Origin: an uncultured delta proteobacterium
GTDB taxonomy: Bacteria; Desulfobacterota; Desulfobacteria; Desulfobacterales; QNYZ01
Direction: 5' to 3'
DNA: 64,000 bases
NCBI GenBank assembly: GCA_963845145.1
Contig: CAWJQU010000003.1
Span: 192,001-256,000, forward strand
Shown here piece by piece: positions 51,679 through 60,687 of the stretch. The position numbers and the translations under genes were made by a program. The notes below the pieces were generated by a model, which was not told where the DNA came from, searched no databases, and saw only the letters and a program-made list of their open reading frames with translations. How positions within the stretch are numbered: the stretch's first letter is position 1; every line of letters starts with the position of its first letter.

Positions 51679-53952
51679 TTGTCTAAACCGTTGGTTATAG
51701 TGGAATCCCCCACCAAAATCCGAACCATAAAAAAATATTTGGGTAATAAATATAACGTTGCGGCGACCGTGGGCCATATTAAAGATCTACCGCCCAAAGA
51801 GATCGGGATCGATATCGAGGATGGATTCAAACCCAAATACCGCACAATACCCGGCAAACGGTCAGTGATCACCAATCTGCGAAAAGTGGCCGGTGATGCC
51901 AAAGATATCTACCTGGCCCCCGACCCCGATCGCGAAGGGGAAGCGATTGCCTGGCATACATCGGAAATACTTAAAAAGAAAGACCGTCGCTTTCATCGAA
52001 TCCTTTATCACGAACTGACGAAAGACGGTATCGCCAAGGCCATGAACACACCGTTGGAACTCAACCGGCCTAAATACGAAGCACAGCAGGCCCGCCGCAT
52101 CCTGGATCGTTTGGTGGGATACCAGATATCGCCCCTATTGTGGCGCAAGGTTAAAGGCGGGTTGAGCGCCGGACGCGTTCAGTCGGTAGCGGTTCGCATG
52201 ATCATTAACCGGGAACGGGCCATTCAGGCCTTTGAGACGGAGGAGTATTGGTCCATTACGGCCGATTTGTTAGCCGATTTACCACCCGCCTTCACAGCCC
52301 GGCTGGTTCGGCACAAACAAGATAAGATCAAGATCCAAAACGAAAAATCCGCCACGAGTATCGTCGATGAACTGAAAACCCAGCCATTTATCGTCGATAA
52401 TATTCTTAAAAAGACCACCCGCAGAAATCCCCTGCCCCCATTTATTACCAGTAAATTGCAGCAGGAAGCGATCCGCAAGCTGCGCTTTTCAGCTCGCAAG
52501 ACCATGATCGTGGCCCAGCAACTTTACGAAGGTATCGAGCTCGGACACGGAGAGCCGGTGGGGCTGATCACCTACATGCGTACCGATTCCATACGAATCT
52601 CCGAGGAAGCCGCCAACCAGGCGCTGGAGATGATTCGCAAACGCTTTGGACCTGAATATGCCATGGACAAGCCGCGCATGTTTAAAAATCGCAAAAAGGC
52701 CCAGGATGCCCATGAAGCCATTCGCCCGACATCCGTTGATTATACCCCCGAAAAAGTGGCGAGCCATCTGACCGATGACCAGCTCGCTTTGTATACCATG
52801 ATCTGGAAACGCTTTATCGCCTCACAAATGAAACAGGCGCTGATCGATAAAAATACGGTGGCTATCGGTGCCGGCGATTATCGCTTCACTGTGACCGGGT
52901 CCAGCGTTCGTTTTCAGGGATTTCTGGCATTGTATCAGTCCGTGGATGAGGCCATTAAGCAAGAAAAAGAAAAGGTCCAACTCCCTGAATTAAAAAAAGG
53001 CCAATCCTTGACATTGGAAAAACTCAATCCCAATCAACATTTCACCAAACCACCACCCCGTTTTTCCGAGGCTTCTCTGGTCAAGGAGTTGGAGGAAAAC
53101 GGTATCGGTCGTCCCAGCACCTATGCCGCCATTTTATCCACCATTCGAAACAAGGGTTATGTCGATCTGATCAAAGGCTATTTTCGGCCCAGCGAGTTGG
53201 GTTTTATCGTCAACGATCTCATCGTGGATAGTTTTCCCGAGACCTTTGACATCAGTTTCACAGCACGGATGGAAGAAGACCTGGACCGAATTGAAGCAGC
53301 ACAAATCGAATTTGAAGAAGTACTTGATCGTTTTTATCAGCAGTTTAAAAAACGTCTTGAAGCGGCAACGGATGGCATGTGCAGCATGAAAGCCGTGGGG
53401 CTACCTATTAACCTTCCCTGCCCGCAATGTAGCGCCGGAAAATTACATATCAAGATGGGCCGCAATGGCCATTTCCTCGCCTGCGATGCCTACCCGGACT
53501 GCAACTACACCCGCAATTACGATCGGGATGAAAAGGGGAAAATCACACCCATCGAGCCCATCGCCGACGAAAAAACCGACAAAATCTGCCCCAAGTGCGA
53601 CAGTGAGATGGTTGCCAAGCAGGGCCGTTTCGGACGATTTCTGGCCTGTAGCGGGTACCCGGACTGCAAGTATACCGAATCGCTCAACGGGGGTGGTGCG
53701 GATACCGGTGTCGCCTGCCCGGAAAAAAATTGCGACGGCCAGATAATGACCCGCACCTCCCGGCGTGGAAAAATCTTTTACGGGTGCAGCCGTTATCCCA
53801 AATGCAAATTCGCCACCTGGGACAAACCGGTCGCCGAAACCTGCCCCCAATGCCAGGCACCTATCCTGGCCGAAAAAACCACCAAAAAATACGGGACCCA
53901 ATTAACCTGTCTGAACAAAGAATGTGGATATAAAAAAGGGATCGAATCGTAA
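51679..53952 (+). CDS. topA: DNA topoisomerase I
   Basis: IVESPTK, DPDREGEAI, SAGRVQS, ITYMRTDS, GIGRPSTY, C-terminal Zn ribbons. Confidence 0.98.
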   Translation: MSKPLVIVESPTKIRTIKKYLGNKYNVAATVGHIKDLPPKEIGIDIEDGFKPKYRTIPGKRSVITNLRKVAGDAKDIYLAPDPDREGEAIAWHTSEILKKKDRRFHRILYHELTKDGIAKAMNTPLELNRPKYEAQQARRILDRLVGYQISPLLWRKVKGGLSAGRVQSVAVRMIINRERAIQAFETEEYWSITADLLADLPPAFTARLVRHKQDKIKIQNEKSATSIVDELKTQPFIVDNILKKTTRRNPLPPFITSKLQQEAIRKLRFSARKTMIVAQQLYEGIELGHGEPVGLITYMRTDSIRISEEAANQALEMIRKRFGPEYAMDKPRMFKNRKKAQDAHEAIRPTSVDYTPEKVASHLTDDQLALYTMIWKRFIASQMKQALIDKNTVAIGAGDYRFTVTGSSVRFQGFLALYQSVDEAIKQEKEKVQLPELKKGQSLTLEKLNPNQHFTKPPPRFSEASLVKELEENGIGRPSTYAAILSTIRNKGYVDLIKGYFRPSELGFIVNDLIVDSFPETFDISFTARMEEDLDRIEAAQIEFEEVLDRFYQQFKKRLEAATDGMCSMKAVGLPINLPCPQCSAGKLHIKMGRNGHFLACDAYPDCNYTRNYDRDEKGKITPIEPIADEKTDKICPKCDSEMVAKQGRFGRFLACSGYPDCKYTESLNGGGADTGVACPEKNCDGQIMTRTSRRGKIFYGCSRYPKCKFATWDKPVAETCPQCQAPILAEKTTKKYGTQLTCLNKECGYKKGIES

Positions 53953-53979
53953 TAGGTTTAATTCATTATCACCTGTTTT

Positions 53980-54804
53980 TCATCTATCCAAAAATTCCAA
54001 CATATGCTTGGTCACGATTTTAGGTTGTTCCTCGGGCAGAAAATGGCCGCAGTCGGGCACAATCGTCAATTCTGAATTGGGTATATCCGTTTTTAGCCTC
54101 TGGGCAATACGTATGGGAAAGATGCGGTCCTTATCTCCCCATAATATTAATGTCGGGTGTTGAATCTTCCTTACATTTTCTATCGGTTCGATAATTTTTT
54201 CCGGCGGTGCCATAATCACTTTCCGATAAACTTTACGGCTATTCCGATTTTCCACCCACGGTTTAAAATATAAATCTACCATCTCATCGGTAACCGCGCC
54301 TTTTTGGTATACGGCGAAATGTTTTAAACTAAACTTGAACTGGGATCGAAACAGCGACAACCATGCGAAAAAAGGATTTTTCAAATATCCCATCAAACTT
54401 CGGAAAATAATCGGCCATTTCACAAAGGGCATGGTATCCATGATGACAAACCGACGCGTCATTTCCGGGAACCGAGAAACAAATCCCAACGCAGCCATTC
54501 CACCCAAATCATGTGCCACCAGATCGGCTCGTTCTATTTTTAGGGCATCATAGAATGCCTTTAAAAAAGAGACAAAAAAGTCGAGATCATACGATTGGTC
54601 TAAAGGTTTATCCGTTCTTCCATGACCTGGCAGATCAGGCACAATGACATAAAACCTTTTTGCAAGCTCGGGGAGACAGTGGCGCCAGAGATAACAATTG
54701 GATGGATACCCGTGGAGTAAAACAACCGGTGGCGCCCCCCGGTCACCGGCAATAAGATAATGTACATTTAACCCGGTTTGAAGTGTTAGTGTTCGACTTT
54801 TCAT
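53980..54804 (-). CDS. Alpha/beta hydrolase (epoxide hydrolase/dehalogenase-like, Asp nucleophile)
   Basis: LLHGYP, PDLPGHG, AHDLGG, WGDKD, GHFLPEE. Confidence 0.9.
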   Translation of the reverse strand: MKSRTLTLQTGLNVHYLIAGDRGAPPVVLLHGYPSNCYLWRHCLPELAKRFYVIVPDLPGHGRTDKPLDQSYDLDFFVSFLKAFYDALKIERADLVAHDLGGMAALGFVSRFPEMTRRFVIMDTMPFVKWPIIFRSLMGYLKNPFFAWLSLFRSQFKFSLKHFAVYQKGAVTDEMVDLYFKPWVENRNSRKVYRKVIMAPPEKIIEPIENVRKIQHPTLILWGDKDRIFPIRIAQRLKTDIPNSELTIVPDCGHFLPEEQPKIVTKHMLEFLDR

Positions 54805-54819
54805 TCTTTTCCTCCTTCG

Positions 54820-54841
54820 CTGGCTGGACGACCGACCAAAT
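54820..54841. promoter_or_regulatory. Putative TetR operator, copy 1 (upstream of the hydrolase)
   Basis: CTGGCTGGACGACCGACCAAAT, 19/22 identical to 55517-55538. Confidence 0.65.
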
Positions 54842-54848
54842 TATTATT

Positions 54849-54880
54849 AAAAAAAACCGCACGCCCAAGAACATGCGGTT
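54849..54880 (-). terminator. Rho-independent terminator after tetR
   Basis: Minus strand AACCGCATG-TTCTTGGG-CGTGCGGTT followed by a T tract. Confidence 0.7.
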
Positions 54881-54883
54881 ATT

Positions 54884-55486
54884 CTAGAACGATCCTTTTA
54901 ACAATCCGGCAATTCCTAGCCGTGTGGCATCCCAAAAAGCCTTGTTTTCTGCCAACGCCGCCTCGGTGGCGAATTGCAGCCCCATACCATCGATGATGCC
55001 GGTAATCAGTGCCGCAAGTCCATCAACGGGCAACGTGGGTGAGATAATTTTCTGTACTTTGGCGCGCATCAACCCTTTTTGCATCGCTTTTCGAAATCGG
55101 CCATATAACGCTTGCAACTCTTCTGCAATGATCGGGCTTTGCCGCCCTATGGCCCAGGATTCGAAAAAAACCTTAAAAAAATCAGGGTCGTTTTTAATGA
55201 CGTGCTGGAGCATATTTACCATTTCAGATGACAGTTCATCTGCAGAACGGGCCCGATTTAGAATGTGTTCTATCATCTCGATACTCATTTCCATATTCGC
55301 CCGAATGACGTGGGCCAGCATCTCATCTTTATTTTTATAATAGTAATGCAAAAGCCCACGACTGATACCCGCCTCTTTGGCCACCTGGCTGATCGTGGTT
55401 CCGGAAAAACCCCTTTCAGCCAGGAGTTTTCGAATCACTGCCAATATTCTCTGTTTTTTTTCATCCAAGGATAGCTGGGCGTTCAA
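54884..55486 (-). CDS. TetR/AcrR family regulator (BetI-like C-terminus)
   Basis: GFSGTTISQVAKEAGISRGLLHYYYKNKDE HTH; GIIDGM. Confidence 0.92.
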   Translation of the reverse strand: MNAQLSLDEKKQRILAVIRKLLAERGFSGTTISQVAKEAGISRGLLHYYYKNKDEMLAHVIRANMEMSIEMIEHILNRARSADELSSEMVNMLQHVIKNDPDFFKVFFESWAIGRQSPIIAEELQALYGRFRKAMQKGLMRAKVQKIISPTLPVDGLAALITGIIDGMGLQFATEAALAENKAFWDATRLGIAGLLKGSF

Positions 55487-55516
55487 TGATCACTCCACGA
55501 ATAGTCCTTTGTCACA

Positions 55517-55564
55517 CTGGTTGGACGACCATCCAAATATAGCTCAATATTTAATCACTGTCAA
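55517..55564 (-). promoter_or_regulatory. tetR promoter with overlapping operator (copy 2)
   Basis: Minus strand TTGACA-17 nt-TATATT (55564-55536) directly followed by the quasi-palindrome TTGGATGGTCGTCCAA. Confidence 0.7.
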
Positions 55565-55641
55565 TGATAGGGTTACAATACCGTATCGCGAATCCCATCC
55601 TCAAACGCCCCACCCGATATCACCGTTGGGACATCGTCATT

Positions 55642-56133
55642 TTAAAGCCTAAGCATCAATCTCTGCTCATTCACGGGCACCCCCCACTCAGTGCCAACAC
55701 ACTCCTCCACCACCTTAAAACCCGCCTTATCATATATATGCCGCGCTGAAAGGAGTCCTTCAAATGTCCAGAGGTAGATATGGGTATATTTCTTCTTTCG
55801 ACAGAAATCGACCGCCGATTGAATTAATTTTTGGCCGATTCCCTGTCCGTGCAGTTGGTCAGAAACGATAAACCAGCGCAGATGCGCCCCCTCTTCTTTG
55901 GCATGAATCCCGTCAATAGTGAGCGTTCCCTCAATCCGATCATCTTTCATTACCGTCCAAAACCGATCCCGGCTGTCATCATATCGGCCAATGAACTCGG
56001 CAAGACCGCTGGCGACTTTAGCTTCAAAGTAGGATTCAAAGCCCCAGTTTTCAGCGTAATATTGTCCGTGCAACTCAACAACTCTCCCAAGGGCACCGGG
56101 CATATAACCTTTTAATATCTTTATTTGAGGCAT
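55642..56133 (-). CDS. GNAT family N-acetyltransferase
   Basis: AHLRWFIV, HGQGIGQKL acetyl-CoA motif, LWTF..L.SARHIY.KAGF. Confidence 0.9.
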   Translation of the reverse strand: MPQIKILKGYMPGALGRVVELHGQYYAENWGFESYFEAKVASGLAEFIGRYDDSRDRFWTVMKDDRIEGTLTIDGIHAKEEGAHLRWFIVSDQLHGQGIGQKLIQSAVDFCRKKKYTHIYLWTFEGLLSARHIYDKAGFKVVEECVGTEWGVPVNEQRLMLRL

Positions 56134-56337
56134 TTAAAGACCTCCCCTTAGGGTCTTGTTATTGAAAAAAAAGTTTACCATAGACCGTTTGGCTTCGAAA
56201 AAAAATAAAAATATATTCTATTAGGTATTACTTACCCCACCCCGACATCGTTGCCAAATGGTCTGGTTGGGCGTATAAGGCACGACAATCCGATCCATAC
56301 TTAAAAAAAATATTCAAAGAAGGAAATAGCCGAATCA

Positions 56338-57531
56338 ATGTCAAGCCCCCCCTCTCCCAATCATCCTGCGAGGATAAAAGAAACCGCCAATGGTTTCCAA
56401 ACTGGCCAGATCCTGGTTCTGTCGACCTGTCATTTTATCCATGACACCTATTCCAGTTTTTTTGCGACCTTATTGCCCCTATTGATTGAAAAACTATCGC
56501 TCACCCTAACCCAGGCCGGATTTTTATCAACGGTTATGCAGATCCCGGCCCTGATCAACCCTCTTTTAGGGACCTTAGCCGACCGGACCAGCGTGCGGTA
56601 TTTTATTATTTTGGCCCCTGCCACAACGGCAATCCCCATGAGCCTGTTGGGATTGGCCCCCAGCTATGGCGTGCTGCTCATTTTACTTTTTATTACCGGT
56701 ATCAGCGTTGCCGTATTCCATGTCCCCGCTCCGGTAATGGTATCGCGCCTTTCCGGTGATCGCAAAGGTAAGGGGATGAGCTTTTTCATGACCGGCGGCG
56801 AGCTTGCCCGAGCCGTCGGGCCCATGGTAACCGTGGGTGGCGTTTCACTGTTGGGGTTGGAGGGGTTTTACCCCGTCATGATAGTGGGAATCGTCGCCTC
56901 GATCTGGTTGTTTCTTAAGTTTCGCGACGTACCCATTACCGTTAAATCATCTCAATCTACCGGCTTATTAACGACTTTTCATGAAATGCGGCCTATTTTG
57001 CTTCCGCTGGCGGCCATTCTGATCGCACGGGGGTTCATGCATGCGTCGTTGACCACCTTTTTGCCTACCTTTATAAAACTGGAAACGGGAAACCTCTGGT
57101 TGGCAGGTGCTGCCCTGACCATTTTTGAATTGTGCGGCGTGGTCGGGGTGATGACATCCGGATCCTTGAGCGATTCCTTTGGACGGCGACGTATTTTGCT
57201 GTTTAGTTTAATCGGTGCCCCGGTAGCCCTGTTTATATTTGCCTGGTTGGGCGGCTGGCTACGTATCGTCGCACTTCTAGTAACCGGATTCACCCTGCTT
57301 TCAACCACACCGGTAATGTTGGCCATGGTGCAGGAACATGCCAAAACCAGTCCCTCTGCTGCCAACGGTATGTTCATGCTGATTTCATTTACGGCGCGAT
57401 CTGCCGTGGTGGTTGTGGTAGGCTTTATCGGTGATCAGATCGGTTTGCAAATGACCTATCTTTTGAGCGCTTTTCTAGGCCTGGCCGCACTGCCCTTCAT
57501 ATTCATGCTGCCAGGTGCAACCAAAAAGTAA
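56338..57531 (+). CDS. MFS transporter (Fsr-like)
   Basis: HFIHDTY, GTLADR, AVFH.PA, MSFFMTGG, GSLSDSFGRR. Confidence 0.88.
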   Translation: MSSPPSPNHPARIKETANGFQTGQILVLSTCHFIHDTYSSFFATLLPLLIEKLSLTLTQAGFLSTVMQIPALINPLLGTLADRTSVRYFIILAPATTAIPMSLLGLAPSYGVLLILLFITGISVAVFHVPAPVMVSRLSGDRKGKGMSFFMTGGELARAVGPMVTVGGVSLLGLEGFYPVMIVGIVASIWLFLKFRDVPITVKSSQSTGLLTTFHEMRPILLPLAAILIARGFMHASLTTFLPTFIKLETGNLWLAGAALTIFELCGVVGVMTSGSLSDSFGRRRILLFSLIGAPVALFIFAWLGGWLRIVALLVTGFTLLSTTPVMLAMVQEHAKTSPSAANGMFMLISFTARSAVVVVVGFIGDQIGLQMTYLLSAFLGLAALPFIFMLPGATKK

Positions 57532-58423
57532 ATGAAACCGCCGATAACAAGGTCACAAAAGAGATAGCGGCCACTGCGGCTTCCGGGTCTCCCTGCATTT
57601 CCCTGGCCATTACATAGGCAATGGTAGCCGTTGGAGAGGCCAACAAAATCAACGCGGGCATATACACTGGGGCCGAAATGTGAAACATACGAAACAGCAA
57701 CAAACCAATCGCTGGGAGAATAGCCAGCTTTATCAGGGCGACCATGGAAACGATCTTTAAATATTTACGAATCAAATTGAATGATAAAGTGGCCCCAATG
57801 AGCAAAAGGGCAGTCGGCAGGGCCATCCCGCTCAATATTTCCAAGCTTCGCCGTATAACCAAGGGCAATTCAAATCCGAACGAGGAAAAAATAATGCCGG
57901 CCATGGCCGCAAGAATCACCGGGTTTCCGATAACTTTCACCCATAGCCGGCGGTGGTTTTTTGGCGCATAACCTGGCTCCGCATGTGCTTGTAAGGCAAT
58001 AACCGACATCAGATTCTGAAGAATCATTAAAAATCCGGCGGCCACACCGGCACGACTCAATCCGCTGTCACCTAGGAAATAGTATGCCACTGCCAAACCG
58101 ATATACCCTAAATTACCATGACCGGCACATTGAATGAAGGTACCCTGCTGGTTAACCGGCATCCTCACGCCCTTGGCAACCATCCAAGCCGCGACGTAGG
58201 CTGTAAAGGCCGCTACGAGCATCAAGGTGATGATCAGAGGGTTAAATTGTCGGCTCAAAGAGGCCTGAGAAATCGCGTTGAAGATCATGGCGGGAATGGC
58301 AATATGGTACACGAGACGATTGGCCGGGCCCAAAAACTCAGGCGGCAGAAACCCTTTTTTCCGGGCCAGCCAGCCGAGAATGATGACGGTAAATATGGGA
58401 ATGATTGTGGAGAGAATGCTCAT
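57503..58423 (-). CDS. AEC (auxin efflux carrier) family transporter
   Basis: IIPIF, NRLVYHIAIPA, GNLGYIGL, NPVILA, ASPTA; start probably ATG 58423. Confidence 0.88.
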   Translation of the reverse strand: MSILSTIIPIFTVIILGWLARKKGFLPPEFLGPANRLVYHIAIPAMIFNAISQASLSRQFNPLIITLMLVAAFTAYVAAWMVAKGVRMPVNQQGTFIQCAGHGNLGYIGLAVAYYFLGDSGLSRAGVAAGFLMILQNLMSVIALQAHAEPGYAPKNHRRLWVKVIGNPVILAAMAGIIFSSFGFELPLVIRRSLEILSGMALPTALLLIGATLSFNLIRKYLKIVSMVALIKLAILPAIGLLLFRMFHISAPVYMPALILLASPTATIAYVMAREMQGDPEAAVAAISFVTLLSAVSFTFWLHLAA

Positions 58424-58649
58424 TGATTGTAAACACCTGTTTGGCAATGATATGGTTTAGAGAAAAATCGAAAAAATCTCAATGGATTATTGACCGTTGA
58501 CAACACTTTGCCCCTTTTTTATATCTCAATTCAGACGGTTTTAAAAAAATGTGAAGACCTTACTTTGATTCAAATTCCACCAGTTTTAGATGGACGCTCA
58601 TTGAATGAAATAAAATCGCATTTACGCTCAGTGACAAAAGGAGGATCCC

Positions 58650-59480
58650 ATGCGCTGGAAACAATTCTTAACCCCGGTTAAATCCATGAGTACCGATCAG
58701 GCCAAGGAATTCATGGACGAAAAATCCATGCAGGATATGACGATTCTGGACGTACGTCAGCCCAACGAGTATGAAAAAGGGCATATACCCGGCGCCAAAT
58801 TGATCCCCCTTCCGGAACTTTCGGACCGGTTGGATGAAATCGACCCAAATAAAGATACCCTGATCTACTGAGCGGTCGGCGGACGCAGCCGGGTCGCTGC
58901 CCAAATGCTGGCGGGAAAAGGTTTTAATCGGATCTACAACGTCTCTGGGGGTATCAAAGCGTGGCACTCCGAAGTGGCCTTTTATTCCGAGGAAAAAGGG
59001 CTTGAACTCTTTACCGGCAATGAAACGCCGGAAAAGACCTTGATGGTGGCGTATTCTTTGGAGGAAGGGCTGCGCGATTTTTATCTAACCATGGCCGGCC
59101 AGGTGAATAACCAAAAAGCCCAAAATCTTTTCGAAAAGCTTTCGGCCATTGAAATCAAGCATCAGAACAGAATATATAAAGAGTATACAAAAATTGAGCA
59201 TGAACCACTGACTCGGGACGCCTTTCATAAGTCCCTGACGACCAAGGCAATGGAGGGCGGTCTGACCACCGAAGAGTATGCCGCCACCTTCAATATCGAC
59301 TGGGAGTCGGTGGAAGATATTATCGGCCTGGCGATGTCTATTGAGGCCCAGGCCATGGACCTTTATCAACGCGCCGCGGATAAAAATAAGGACTTGGAAA
59401 GCAAATCCTTTCTAATCCAAATTGCCGATGAAGAACGGTCCCATTTAAATCAACTCGGAAAGTTAATGGAGAACCTTTGA
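58650..59480 (+). CDS. Selenocysteine-containing rhodanese-domain / rubrerythrin(ferritin)-like fusion protein, 276 aa, Sec74
   Basis: LDVRQPNEYEKGHIPGA...LIY-[TGA 58869-58871]-AVGGRSRVAAQML continues in frame into ORF 58905-59480. The UGA sits at the rhodanese catalytic Cys position. C-terminal E/ExxH/E/ExxH diiron ligands. Confidence 0.9.
58872..58902 (+). promoter_or_regulatory. Putative bacterial SECIS element
   Basis: GCAGC-CGGGTC-GCTGC stem-loop; the loop starts 18 nt after the UGA with G at loop position 2. Confidence 0.65.
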
Positions 59481-59526
59481 TTCTACCACCATACTTCTCC
59501 GGCACAATAGGCAAAGGGAGTTATTC

Positions 59527-60639
59527 ATGGGAAAACAACTCGTTTTAGTCGGCGGCGGCCACGCCCATATGGTAACTATGGCCAATCTGCACCAGTTTGT
59601 CGAAAAGGGGCACCAGGTTACCGTGATCGGTCCTTCAGAGAACCACTACTACTCCGGTATGGGGCCGGGAATGTTGGGAGGCACCTATTCTCCGGATGAT
59701 ATTCGCTTTGCCACCCGACATGTGGTTGAAAAACAAGGCGGCGTTTTTGTGTTGGACAAGGCAACTGGCGTGGACCCCGATGGCAAACGTGTGAAACTCC
59801 AATCCGGTAAAGAGATTTCTTACGATGTGGTTTCATTTAATTGCGGCAGCTACGTTCCTAGACCCGATATTGTGGGCCAAAACACCGATATATTTACCGT
59901 TAAACCCATTGAGAAATTATTGGAGGCGCAACAACGAATCCTCTCTTTAGCTGCGGAAGGGAAGACTGCAATCGGCATTATCGGTGGTGGACCATCGGCC
60001 ATAGAAATCGCGGGAAACATCTGGGGGCTGGCCGTAAAAAAGCATATGGAAGTGCCGGCCATTAACCTCTTTACCCGCGGAAAATTAATGGACCGTTTTC
60101 CCGACGCCATCGGCAAAAAAGTGTTTCAATCCCTTTCCCGTCGGGGAGTCGCCATTCACGAAAAAAGCCCGGTCTCTACGATTGAAGACAACCGGATTAC
60201 GTTGGCTTCTGGAGAGGACCACAAAGCCGATTTAATTTTTCTGGCCTTAGGTGTGAGGCCATCGCCCATCTTTGCCGACTCGGGTCTCGCCGTAGGACCG
60301 GACGGCGGCTTACTGGTCAATCAATTCCTGCAAAGCGACAAATATCCGGATATTTTCGGAGGGGGTGACTGTGTCCACTTTAAACCGCAGCCCCTGGATA
60401 AAGTCGGCGTCTATGCCGTCCGGCAAAACCCGGTTCTGTTAAATAATCTATTGGCGGCCCTGGAAGGTACGGACCTGCAACCCTTTGATCCCGGTGGGGC
60501 CTACCTCCTGATTTTCAATCTGGGTGGCGGCACAGGGATTTTACGAAAAAATTGGCTTCAGTTCGGGGGCCGTCCGGCGTTTATCGTCAAGGATTACATT
60601 GATCGCAAATTTATGCGCGAATTCCAGTCAATCGAATAA
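59527..60639 (+). CDS. FAD-dependent pyridine nucleotide-disulfide oxidoreductase (NDH-2/SQR-like, resembles the domain fused N-terminally to SelD)
   Basis: LVLVGGGHAH, YYSGMGPG, VKPIE, IIGGGPSAIEIA, FGGGDC, KVGVYAVRQ, KDYIDRKFM. Confidence 0.85.
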   Translation: MGKQLVLVGGGHAHMVTMANLHQFVEKGHQVTVIGPSENHYYSGMGPGMLGGTYSPDDIRFATRHVVEKQGGVFVLDKATGVDPDGKRVKLQSGKEISYDVVSFNCGSYVPRPDIVGQNTDIFTVKPIEKLLEAQQRILSLAAEGKTAIGIIGGGPSAIEIAGNIWGLAVKKHMEVPAINLFTRGKLMDRFPDAIGKKVFQSLSRRGVAIHEKSPVSTIEDNRITLASGEDHKADLIFLALGVRPSPIFADSGLAVGPDGGLLVNQFLQSDKYPDIFGGGDCVHFKPQPLDKVGVYAVRQNPVLLNNLLAALEGTDLQPFDPGGAYLLIFNLGGGTGILRKNWLQFGGRPAFIVKDYIDRKFMREFQSIE

Positions 60640-60687
60640 CATCCGTGTCCACAAATGCCCAAACATACGCTTCAAAGGAGTCATTTC

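Noticed and set aside
57503..57531. 29-bp 3' overlap of the convergent MFS and AEC genes
   Set aside because: Short convergent overlaps are common; both proteins look complete.
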